NCBI GenBank assembly: GCA_043228905.1
Contig: JBHGNT010000016.1
Span: forward strand, 1,674,001 to 1,738,000
Length of the DNA stretch: 64,000 bases
Reading direction: 5' to 3'
Source: Azolla caroliniana
Lineage: Eukaryota; Plantae; Polypodiophyta
In this document: positions 26,385 to 37,989 of the stretch, one piece after another
Numbering within the stretch: position 1 is the stretch's first letter
Layout of the letters: each line of letters starts with the position of its first letter
Made by a program: the position numbers and the translations under genes
Notes under the pieces: generated by a model
Databases searched by the model: none
What the model was told of the DNA's origin: nothing
Seen by the model: the letters and a program-made list of their open reading frames with translations, nothing else

Positions 26385-27662
26385 TTCTCCTACTTCTCAC
26401 TTTTCATTATTTTAGCATCCTCCTCCTACCCCTCTTCTCATTTTTTGTTTCTTTCTATTTTTCTACTCTATCCTAATACCCTCCCCATCGCCTTTCGTTT
26501 TTGTTTTAACTGTACCCCTCACTTTTATACTCCTACCCCTCCCCTTACTTTTCCAATTTTGTCTTTCTACCCCTCCCCAAACTTTAAATTTTATCATTCT
26601 ACCCCTCCCCTTATTTTTTGACCACCCCTCTCCTCCCCTTTCATAATTTCAGAATCTAACTTCTTACCCTTCCCCCTACTCTTTATAATTCTCCCCTTGC
26701 CCGTCCCCGTACTTTTACATATTTTCCTCATACCCCTCCCCCTACTTTTTATAATTCTCCCTTGCCCCTCACCCTACTTTTACATATTTTACTCGTACTC
26801 CCCCCCTTACTTTTATATAATTTCCTCCTATCCCTCCCCTCAATTCCCTCCCTTTAAGTTTTATCTCATGCCCCTCCTCACTTTCTTCCTATTTTATATT
26901 TATCCCACCCTAACTTTTATGTCTTCCCCTTAGCCCTCATCTCAAAATCATTTTTCTTCTAAATCTCACTTTAGCCTCCGTTCTTTAACTTTAATTTCAT
27001 TCTACCCCTCTAAATTTTACTTCCTACTATTGCCCCATTTTCTAAATTTCAATCTACCCCTCCCTCCCCCTTCCCTTTTTCTAGATTTTTACACATACCC
27101 CTCCCCCTTCTTATTTCTAGATTTTCACTCATACCCCTCGCCCTTCTTTTTTCTAGATTTTCTCTCATACCCCTCCCCCTTCTTTTTTCTAGATTTTCTC
27201 TAATACCGCTCCCCTTTCTTTTTTTTAGATTTTCACTTATACCCTCCCTCCTATTTTTCTATGATCACCCTACCCCCCCCCCCCCCCCAACCTCTTTCCA
27301 TATTATTACTTTACCCCTCCCTCTTTCAATATTTTATTCTACCCCTCGCCCCATATTTCTAATTTTTTATTCCTACCCCTGCCCCCTTTTATTCTTCTAA
27401 ATATCACTCACTCTACCCTTTCTTGCTTTAATTTAATTTCCACTCTACCCCTCCCCCCTTACTTCTAAATTCATGCTTTCTACCCGTCCCCTCTCATACC
27501 CCCATCCTTTTTTCAAAGATCTCTATAAAAGAATTTCCTACCCACCACTATACATCACCCTCCCTAACTCCCACATCACACATTTTCAACTAAGCCCATA
27601 AAATATTTTACCCCCCACCAAATCCATCACTCCCCCTAAACTCCCACGTCATAAAATTTGAC

Positions 27663-27726
<64 letters not shown>

Positions 27727-28119
27727 CCTATATAAACCCCTCAAATTCTACATGGTCATGTGCACTAATTAGCTCTTTAGGAGCGAAATTAGTTTGCCAC
27801 ATCAACCATTTCTTTGTATTATCTTTTAAGTTCTTAATATGAATTAGTTTTTAGTGTATCCCTCCCTCCCTCCCTCTCTCTCAGTATGTCTCTAATTTTG
27901 TAGGAATTTTTAGGTCTAATAATTAATAGTAATAATATGTGTAATCTCTCTCTCATAATGTTAGTGTTCTAGTATTTATATTTTCTTCTAATCCTCATTA
28001 GTATCTTTCTCCCATTTTATGCTTAATCTTCTCCCTCTCCATGCTATACACCGATGGCACACCATTCCACACTCTTTGTTTACGACTTAACGGTCAACCA
28101 ACCCTAAACCCTAAACCCT
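26385..28119. repeat. Pyrimidine-rich minisatellite-like insertion ending in plant telomeric repeats
   Basis: Many TTTTCACTC(T/AT)ACCCCTCCCCC-type units, (TC)n at about 27666-27723, and (CCCTAAA)2CCCT at 28102-28119. Copia sequence resumes on both sides. Confidence 0.8.
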
Positions 28120-29035
28120 CTGGAAAGAACGAAGACGGACCTTCGGAGACGAAGTCCGAGTCAATCAAACAAGCCCTCAAATCGGCTAATGAGAAGTTAC
28201 ACCGATCAACCCGCTGGAATAACCGCGTAAAGAGGTATGCGTATAATGAGTACTTGGCGCATCATTATGCGTAAATGACCAAGGTGGCGGAAAGTGAGTG
28301 AGCTGGAGAGCTACGTAGAAGCAGCAAAAGACACAAACTGGCATGCCACGATGGAAGAGGAAATGCAGGCACTCGATGCCCATCGATTCCTATGTAGTTA
28401 TGGTCCTAATAATTAGTGTTAGTAGCTCAGTACGAGCATTGAAGTACTTGTTAGTACTTCGGTCAGTCCTTTATGAACTTGTATAAAAAGGTGTTTTTTA
28501 GAACATTGGATGTACAGAGTTTTAGAGTAAGTTTTTGAAATTAAGTCTTTCATTGTTATGCTCTCTCTATCTCTCACGGGTACACTGTGTGTGATTCAAG
28601 CTTCCATTAAACCTTGTCTCTGTTTTTATGTTGCTACTCGGCAAACCGGTTTGTCGAAGCTTCCGCATATTAACTTTTACAAAATTTAATATTTTTTATT
28701 TTTATTTTTTAAAAGTTTTTATAAAATAATCTTTTCATTTTTAAGCATAATTGTCACATCTTAAGAACATCTTTAAAATTTTGAAAAATTTCAAATTAAA
28801 ATTTTGAATTTTAACTTAAGTTGAAAAGTGAAACTGAACCACGAAACCGTAGGGTTTATGGTTTAACGGTTTGGATTTTTTTAACGGTTTCGGTTCAAGT
28901 TTCAAAATTTTAAAACGGGTTTTGACACTCTCAAACCGAACCGAACTGTTGCCGATTGTTATTATTAGGCATTTAGTGACAATACAAATAATTTATTGTT
29001 TTATTACAAAGGAGATACATATATGAATACTTTTC

Positions 29036-32000
29036 TTAATAATATTTTTTCCATATAGGATGTTGCTTCCATAAGTCTGCTATATCTTCTAAAGGCACAA
29101 GCTTGGTTTCCGGAAACAATAAATAAGTAAATATTGTCATAACAAACACCCAACTAGCAAAGAAAAAGAAGATTGATGCTTTGAGGTGGCAAAGCATAGC
29201 TAGAGATGTTTGTGCCAACGCAAAGGTGAAGAGCATTGATACACCAATATTAATGCTTTGACCTAGAGGTCTTATTTCCAATGGAAATATCTCACTAGGC
29301 ACAATCACAGCCAACGGACCCCAAGAAAGTGAGAAACACACAACATATAAACATATAAGGATTACACCGAGTATGCCAAACCCTTCTGATATTGTATTGT
29401 GGTCTCTTAGCTTCCATTGGAATAAAAGGCCTACGAGAACCTGTAAGATAAATAAAATATATATTAGTTAACGTTGATAACATGTGAATAAGATTTTCGC
29501 ATGATTAATTACTATGTAAACAATATAATTCACCTACTAGAAAATTAATAAGTGGTCCCCTTTTAATGCATTTATGGTATAAGAACATTCTTAATGTGAA
29601 ATATAAATATTAGGTATTCTAGAAACATCAATCTCATTTGATGAATCCTATGAACCACCATACATTAAACATTAATTGGATAAATCTTGGACCCATGAGT
29701 TTTCTTTATAGTTATCTACGCTCACCAGGGAAAGGAACATTGTGATTCCACCATAACGAAACAATATTCGTCTACCAAACTTGTCCAAGACAAAGGCTGC
29801 AAGGATAGTGCATCCAATGCTAATGACACCAAGAATTACTGCAGAGTAGAGAGATGCATTGTGTCCAAATCCAAGTGTTTGAAACAAAACCGGAGAATAA
29901 AAGGTAATGAAGCTAATTCCAGTGACCTGCATCAACAACATAGGAAAATGCATGTGATGTTTAATATACTATCAAAATGATACCTTTAACTTAATGTAGC
30001 AATATCATCAAACATAATCATGCTACAAAAGTTGGGGTAACATACAAAACTCTTGCATAACGATAGTAGTTTCATAACATTGAGGAGAGCAATAACTTAC
30101 TCACAAAGAATGCACGGATATACAACATGTTAATACACCAATTGACTCATTAAATATTTCAAACTTACTACTTGCAAGGATTAAATAGTTATTGCCTATA
30201 AACTCGGAGTCATTGATTTCTTTTACCCTAATATTTCAGATTTCAAGTTAACCTCATAAATGTTATAGTTGGGCATTGGAATATCGATATGAATGTTGGC
30301 AAAATTATAAAACATTTGATAAGAGAGAATTAAGTTTAAGTTCTTTGTTTGTACGCACATGTTTATTTAATGATATGATTTGCATACGTGCTTGTAATAG
30401 ATTGAACATAGCACCTCACAATTAGTTGATTGTATCATGTGCGCATAAGTTTATGTATACTTTATTGTAGTTTTATTGAGAGAAAATGAATATCCAAAAC
30501 CTTGAAGTGAAGACCCTATACATATTGAAGATTTAGTGTTCTATGATTAAGGTATTTGGTCAACAGAAATTCATGATTAATGGATGTCTTGATAAATATG
30601 TAGTCTTCAATTTAACACTAAGTGATATATATGCTAAAAGATTCACCTTTCACTCCAATGTGTGATGTGTCCAGAGTATTTGGGATATTTATTAGCTGGC
30701 ATGTAAGGTTAGAAATCTAAAAAGTCAATTTGTATGTCACATTAATGGCTTTGAAAGGTCCTTTCAAGTCATAATAAAGTTTGTATCCTATAAGTTATAA
30801 CTATGTTATTCATGAGTATTTAACATCATCTCAAGTGTTAAAATTTGAACATATACAAGAGTAACAAAATCTAAATAAATGAGTATCTATGACCATTGAA
30901 TTTAGCCATGACCAAAATTTCCATTTTAAATTTGAATTGGAGATTGAAGGGTATGCAAGCATTTTACATGCACAAAAAAGCAAGACAATGACACATGAGA
31001 ATCAATGCATGTCACTAAAGGTGAAGGAACAAGGACTAATAGTGTGTTACCTAGTGGACTGCACATCGAGTGACAAGGGCATGCAAATGACTACATGACT
31101 CATGAGGTAGTAGGTATCCTCGTCATTATGAGATGAGAAGCATTTAAATATCCTAAGTAGAGAATGTAGTAAGATGGAATTCAATTTGGATCTCATGCAT
31201 GGACTGTAGTCTGTGACTACTAGTAGTTAATGGATGTTCTTGTCAACACTCTCAAAATATGGAGAACTTGATTGTGGACTAGACAAATTCTTTAGTTTTT
31301 GAAGGGTAAAAACTTCCATTTAAAAGAGCATTGCTTGAATTGCTTTTCTAGCAAATATTAAGAGTTGTTTTGATGGGGTAAAATAAGTCTTACCACAATC
31401 AATTTGTACCAAGTTATTAATGACTAACCATTTATCCACAATAAATCTAAAAGGTGAAATGTGTGCCTTGTTTCCATGTGAGAATAACATCCACTCAATC
31501 TTGTATGTCCTAAATGCTAAGCTGCTCTTTGTTGTTGAAATTTGAAAATGAAGCCAAGATTTAAAGAAACTCTGGTGTACATTAAGAAATATTGCAAAAA
31601 ACATTCAAACTTGAATTTAATTGCAACAACGATTTGTGTTTCTATAGAAATAGCTAAAGAGAGTGTTACAACAAGCTAAGCCAACCAACCCCATGTAATT
31701 GATGCATATGAACAAAAACGTTGAATGTCAATAACTATACCATTGAGTGGTCTCACAATAAAATTGGTGAAGGTGGACTATATTAGCTATTTAAAGGATC
31801 AAACGATGACCAATTAAAGTAAAGTTACGGAAAATGAACTCACTTTTTTGTTTGTAGATGGAACAAATGAATTCACAAGGTTTTATTGGAATGTTTGTAT
31901 GTTTTATATGACTATATTCATTAAGTTGAAGTGGCAACTAGTTCCTAGACTTGACTTAACATTTTGATGCGATTTATCGTCATTGTCCATGTTTCTAATA

Positions 32001-33526
32001 GCTTCTTGTAGCAAAATCTTAAATTGCTTCACTAATAACATGTTCACTTTGTGAATATGTTTAGGATGAATTGAAACAATCATCATACCTGTAGGAAAAA
32101 TGGAATGCAAAAGGCCATAATTAATTGAGGACGATATTTTCGTTGAAGGATATCCCTCCAAGGTCGTTGTGCAGTCTTTGATGTCTCCACTGCTTTAAGA
32201 ATATCATTGAGTTCATCTTCCACATCTTGGGTTCCTCGTATCTTTTGTAATACACGGAGAGCTTCATCTAGATGTTGCCTTTGTATGAGGCTACTTGGGG
32301 AATCAGGCATCCAGGCGGAACCAATGGTTATGATCAATGCCGGAACAAAAGCCAAACCAAGTGACAAACGCCAACCATAAGGCACGATGTTTCCAGTTCC
32401 GTAATTTACTAGAAAAGCCGCGCCTGCCCCCATTGTTAATGCTATTTGAAACATTGTTGTCAATTTACCTCGAAGTTTTGGTGTTGCCATTTCTGACAAG
32501 TATAATGGTACAGCCTATCATCAAGAGAGATCACAAGATACTTAATTTCTCTTTGAAAATCTATTTCTTGAATGGAAATATTGATTACATGATACCAAAT
32601 ATCAAAGTAGGCTTTATCGATGAAAACAATAATTTGTATAGTCATAGTGCAAGAGATGATAATAAGTATATAAAGGTATGTATGCTCATGACCATGTGGC
32701 GGAACATTCGTGGACTCGATAATGATATTTCCAAACCGTGTGGGGGGGTTAATAAGAAACATGCCCTTTGACAATCCCTGAGTGTGACCTTGATACAAGG
32801 TTGTAGATTTTTGGACAAAACTAGAGCCCAAAGGCAACTTCGACATCCAAGACGATACGTTCTACACCAAGCCATGAGACTTGACACCATGGAAACCATA
32901 TATAGTAAATGTGTGTAGGTAGCAAAAGCTCCCCGATCTTGAGTGTGCACTAGAAAACATATGGGTGAGCACGAGGGGGAGAGTGTCTGGGGACCGACCT
33001 GACAAGTGAAACCGAGGCCGATGCCGAGGATGATACGACCAGAAACAAGCATGGTCAGATTCTCGGAAGCGGCATTGAGGATGGAGCCGAGCAAGAAGAA
33101 GATGGCGCCGATGAGAATGGAGGCCTTGCGGCCGCGTGTCCGGGTAAGGTGGGACGCGGCCAAGAGCACGGTGAGCAGTGCGGCTATGTAGAGCGAAGAC
33201 GTGAAGAGTGTCAGTACCTGGCTATCGAAGAGACAGTAATTGTCCGTTTTCACATTGTGCCGCTTCTCGTACACGTCGGGGAAGAACTTCAGCAAGAAAT
33301 CGTCCATGGACGTTACCCCTCCTTGTAAACCAAACAATCTATCAGTCAATCAATTCACCATTTCATCACGTTATTGATTTGGTTCTATATATTTATATGT
33401 AGATTTAGGGTTTTGGATTCATTTACCTGAGATTCCTAGATCATAGCCATAGAGGAACCCACCACAAGATGCAGTCATGCAGATGAACATCAAGAAAGGG
33501 GTAACACCACTGCCATTTTGACCCAT
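29036..33526 (-). CDS. STP: Sugar transport protein (STP family), copy B, 484 aa, 5 exons
   Basis: Exons 33526-33427, 33321-32999, 32514-32089, 29926-29726, 29440-29036. Exon lengths are identical to copy A (100/323/426/201/405) and the frame is open. About 45 aa differences from copy A by manual count. Introns and flanks also align. Confidence 0.95.
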
Positions 33527-33644
33527 TATGTATATTAAATGCCTAATTCCTAACCCTAATCTCCCTAAAAATAAAATTTGGAACCTAATTCAACCCTACC
33601 TCTAGACCACTTATACCACTCTAGTATCCAATCGCGCGACTCAA

Positions 33645-33775
33645 AGAACCCTAATCCCCAGTTGTAACTCTAGAAACCCTAAACTCAAGCTGCAAACTCT
33701 AGAAACCCCAATCCCCGGCGGAGTTGTAGCTCGAGAAACCATAATCCCACGTTGTAGCTCGAGAAACCCGAATCA
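33645..33775. repeat. About 27-30-bp tandem units with AAACCCTA-like (telo-box-like) cores upstream of STP copy B
   Basis: AGAAACCC(T/C/G)AATCCCC...GTTGTA(A/G)CTC(T/G)AG occurs about 5 times, versus about 2 units in copy A (19930-19980). Confidence 0.7.
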
Positions 33776-34515
33776 TTCATTTTCTAGCATTTGCATTCAT
33801 ATGCTTGCTGTACTTCAATCCCATCTACTAACCCAATAACCCGATAACCTAACCCAACAATCTAACCCTAGCCCTAGTCCTAACCCTGGCAATGCAGAAG
33901 TCTCAAGTGCTCCTGCTGAAATTGGGTATCTTCAAAGGGTCTGAAGTCATGTGGTTCCATTGCAATGGGATATTTCAGTTGTCTTTATTTGTAGACGTCT
34001 GTTTTTTGTTGGTTAGCTCAACTTGTGACTGTTGGGTAGTTTAATGTGTGACGGTTGAAGCGTAACCTTTTGGTCCACACACCTTTCGGTTTCGACACAT
34101 TCCTTCTTTTTACCACATCCTATCCACATTCGACTTTTGTCGAGATCTCTTGTAATGCTCACCCATATCTAGTCATCAATCCATAACTCGTTTCTTGAGA
34201 CTTCGTATGAAGTCATAAACCCATATGTTCAACTACTTGTGGAATTCAACATGTCCCACTGGCCATGTAGTCGTATTGTTGACCATACTGTATTGTGGTA
34301 CAATTGTAGCATTTTTCACCATGTCCCACTATTGGTGCAATTCAAAATATCCCACTACCCGTGTTGTGGTGACTTTACTCAATTGTGGTGCCGTTGTAAT
34401 GTTTTTCAACATGTCTCACAACCCCATGCAATTGTGACCATATTTAGTTGTGGCCCCATTGTAGTATTTTTCACACACTTTACTAATATAATTGTGTTTT
34501 GAGAGAGAGAGAGAG

Positions 34516-36195
34516 GTTTGGGGTTGTCAGGAAGGATAGTATATCGGGGTATGATTTGTCGTCACCATGGATATCCAATTGGGGTGGAAGTTTCTCATGT
34601 GAAACTTATTGAGTGGGTATCCAAAAGTTTGGGGGTCTCAATTTTGGCCTTTTCATGTACGACTTAAGGTGGTCCAATTGATTATGGGCTTTGTGGTATC
34701 TTATTGTCTTCCTTTGCTCCCATGGTCAAAGAAAGCTCTTGAAATGTTGTCACGCTCGATGAGAATGTTGTTATGGAAAAGAAAAGGGAAAAGTGCCTTG
34801 TCGTGGTTGGCATGGGATCATGTTTGTACTCCGAAGCATCTTGGTGGGGCATCAATCTTGAATCTATATGAGCATATGGTGGCTCGTTGATTTACTTTCA
34901 TTCGATTTATGTTTGAAGGTGTACAACTTTGGACAGAAATGGTGGCATACTTTATAGAGAAGAACGGAATCAAGCTTGGAAACATGAAGGTTGAAGCGAA
35001 TTGGTGGAATGTAATTAATTCTGATAGGGATGTCAAATATGTAGGGTCTATGATAGTTGATCATTTGTTGACATCTTGGCAAAGTATGTTAGATTTTGTG
35101 GAATGGAATCCCCCACAAGAAAGGGGATGTGCCAATTCATTACAAATGGAGGTTTTGGCGACATCAAGGTTGTTGAGGTGGGAAGGTAAACAAATTCTTA
35201 ACCTTCGATTTAATCAAATGGCTAGATTGGGTTTGGTAATAGTTAAGGATGCTATGTTGGTTTCATGAAGAAGATTAATGGCTTTTCGAACAATAAGATC
35301 AACATTTCGTATTCCGAAAGCTTATAACTTTATTTGGGATAAGTTGCAACAAATACTATCTTCGCATGAGGCAATTCTTGATTTAGATGGGCGATCTCAA
35401 GAGCTTGATTGGAGGTTTGTTGGAAATAAGAGATTGACTATTATCTCAACGAATATTGTTTATCACAAGTTGATTGACAAACATAAGTGGTTGGAAGAAA
35501 GGGTTATAAAGATATGGGGTTTTCATAAGGCTACCATTACTTGGTGGCTTCATGTGATCAAGGTAGGTGGTGTTCTCGATTGATGCTACAAGCCAAGGTA
35601 TTTATTTGGAGAGTTATGGTTGGAGCTTTACCATTAGGGGATGCATTAAAAAAAAGAAACATTACTAAAGGATTGTGTTTCTTTTGTTCGGTGGAATTGG
35701 AACATAGTAGGCATCGATTTACTTCATGCCCGATGGCAAGGATGGTTTGGAGGTGTATCAGTTTAGTGTGGTTGTCTCTAACCGGAGTAAGTCTATCTTC
35801 CTTCAGTTGGGTTTTTGCACATATGGAGAACAATGAACCGATGCCTCATTTTCAAATTATTTTTGAGTTCTTGAGGTATTAGGGGCTATGGTTCAATTGG
35901 AATATGCGGAATGCCTTCATTTTTTATTCACAAGTTGGGGTGAGAAAATATGTTCTAAAGCTAAAAGGACTTCTTTTGTGGCAATTGACAGTGCTAGAGA
36001 AGTCATGAAATCTCACCCAAGAAGAGAGAGAACTCTGCAAGGTCACATATCATCATATTTGCCATTTGAATTGGTGTGTAGGGTGGCATTGAGTTTGGTG
36101 TCGTAGTATTCTTTAGATCCCTAGATAGAAGGGTTCTATAATTTGTAGTAAGTTAGTCATGGTGGTGTTTTTTCTTTCGTAATGAAAGCCATTAT

Positions 36196-36199
<4 letters not shown>
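34516..36199 (+). mobile_element. L1-clade LINE 3' portion (end of ORF2, zf-RVT), degenerate
   Basis: SWLAWDHVCTPKHLGGASILNL and KVFIWRVMVGALPLGDALKKRN...CFFC..ELEHSRHRFTSCP. Flanked by (GA)n at 34501-34515 and 36200-36264. Confidence 0.85.
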
Positions 36200-36266
<67 letters not shown>

Positions 36267-36299
36267 ACCTTCACTTGGAAAAGGGCTTAAGTTAGGACC

Positions 36300-36665
36300 A
36301 AACAAAGGATCTACCTCTATCATCACTGATTTTATGCAATAAGTTATCCGATTGCTTTTATATGTTGATGATGTGGTTCCCTTTTCATATGATGTTGATT
36401 GTATGTGGTGTTGACTTAGAACATTAGAAGGCTTTTGCCAAAGTAGGGAACTAAATGTGAATGTGGTAGATAAAACCAAAATTATGGGAGTGCGAAACAT
36501 CCAACCTCATCGATACGCAACAATTACATATAAGGCATAACATGTACAATTTATGCAAAGATTCAAGTATATTGGCATTCTTGTACCCACCATAGTGCTT
36601 TTGGTCTAGGCCTCAAGTTGGTTGGAAAAGTTATGATATGTCGGGGAATCAATGCAACCAAAGTG
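36300..36665 (+). mobile_element. Degraded RTE/RTEX RT fragment
   Basis: LLLYVDDVV...LEGFCQSRELNVNV.DKTKIM...FKY.G motifs with stops and frameshifts. Confidence 0.6.
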
Positions 36666-36869
36666 ATACATATTTATTTATTTATTTATAAAATATCCTC
36701 CGTTAGTATTGAAATTAAAGTGGCCAGAGGCAATGTACAAAAATAGTCCAATAGTCCAATAGTCCAATCTTTCTAGGTAAAGATAATTAAATTTTGCACA
36801 ACCTAAAGTTGCATTCTCTCATAAAGCTAGAGAACATCATCACCATTTCCATGCTCACCATATCGTGAT

Positions 36870-37100
36870 ATTAACAAATGCTTGCATGCTTCCACAAACT
36901 TTCAACATGGAAACAAATGTTATAACATTAGGTTGGGCACCCTCCAAGTGCATCATTTCAAAACATTCCAAAATGCTTCCATTGGTATTTCTATCTACAA
37001 CTTGCATACTTCCACAAACTTTCAACCTGGAAACAAATGCTATAGGAATAGGGCGGGCACCCTCTAGGTGCATCATTTCAAAACATTCCAAAATGCTGGT
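36870..37100 (-). pseudogene. PLS-PPR fragment duplicated in tandem (120-bp period)
   Basis: LECFEMMHLEGA(R/Q)P..I(A/T)FVS.LKVCGSMQ occurs twice. AAACATTCCAAAATGCT at 36961 and 37081. Confidence 0.75.
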
Positions 37101-37429
37101 GCAAGGAGATGCCTTTTTTCAAGGTCAGTCAAACACGTTCCATTAGGGAAAACGCTTATTTGGCTATTTGTTGTGAAAATTGAAGAATTTTTCTAAAATT
37201 TGTCTTCAGAAGAGCATCAATCTCAATGTTCATCACCAAAAGGGATGTTGTTCTAGATTTTGTCAAAAGGTCCAATGCGCTTCACTTACACCACTCCCAA
37301 GAACAAATACTTCTTAATATGTGTAGGAGAACTATCATCTCTGGTGCAACTTCAATCTTGCCCTTGTTATCCAATAAAAGTAATCTTGTATTAGATGTTA
37401 AATGCATGAATTCTACCATGTCAACTGAT

Positions 37430-37775
37430 CTGATCTTAAATCACCATCAAGAAAGAAGAATACTACAACAAGATCACGACGATGTTTTCCCATTAGAACA
37501 TATGCATTTTTAATGCAACAACTTGCTTTTTCTACTCCTGAAAATCTCGAGTTAGAAATAAATACAAAACTTTATCTTTCTCATCTCTGCTCAACTTAAA
37601 AAGACTCATTAAAACATTCTTGTGTTGTAAAGCAAGGTATAACAGTGCACAATTTTTGGGATCCTTTTTAGATGAGTATTGCACTCTAGCTAGCTTCTCC
37701 ATCCTCACACGTACCTGACCAACATCAGTTAACCAAAAACCGATTCCTAATGTTCGCACGACTTGCCATGCGTGT
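37430..37775 (-). pseudogene. Fragment of a RAV1/DMXL (Rabconnectin-3, Rav1p_C domain) gene
   Basis: WQVVRTLGIGFWLTDVGQVRVRMEKLARVQYSSKKDPKNCALLYLAL...LFKLSRDEKDKVLYLFLTRDFQE*, then after a 1-nt frameshift ALKNAYVLMGKHRRDLVVVFFFLDGD. Contains an internal stop and has no start. Confidence 0.8.
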
Positions 37776-37989
37776 TTATGTAGATGCACTCGGTATGAAA
37801 GGTCACTTCTCTGTCTAAAGCCATGGTCGTTTTCAACTGCTCTTGTACTGCTATAGACAAGCCTCATGCCTCATATCGGTGGAGGAAATACCCAAAGTGG
37901 TGGTTGATACCTCAAACGTATACCACCATTAACCATGCAAATAACTTCATCCTTTCCCATCTCTTCTTAAAAACCTCTTACTTTCGTAA

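Larger units (their letters stand above)
23067..28681 (+). mobile_element. Ty1/copia LTR retrotransposon, internally deleted (gag-PR-IN present, RT/RNaseH lost)
   Basis: 5' LTR about 23067-23512 ending TTTTACA. PBS TGGTATCAGAG (tRNA-iMet) at 23513. gag KLDRNNYASW, zinc knuckle, protease WYFDSGMSNHMT, integrase CEACQLGKQ..SDVWGP..FIDDYSR..QNGVAERKNR. 5'-truncated 3' LTR about 28400-28681. Flanks AAAAT/AAATT. Confidence 0.9.
22926..28961. mobile_element. hAT-like MITE in the 3' flank of STP copy B, split by a copia insertion
   Basis: Imperfect TIRs TAACAGTCGGCAAC / GTTGCCGATTGTTA and AACCG/CGGTT subterminal motifs like the 5741 MITE. Absent at the equivalent site behind copy A (about 14945). 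TSD is degenerate (TTAGG shared). Confidence 0.7.
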
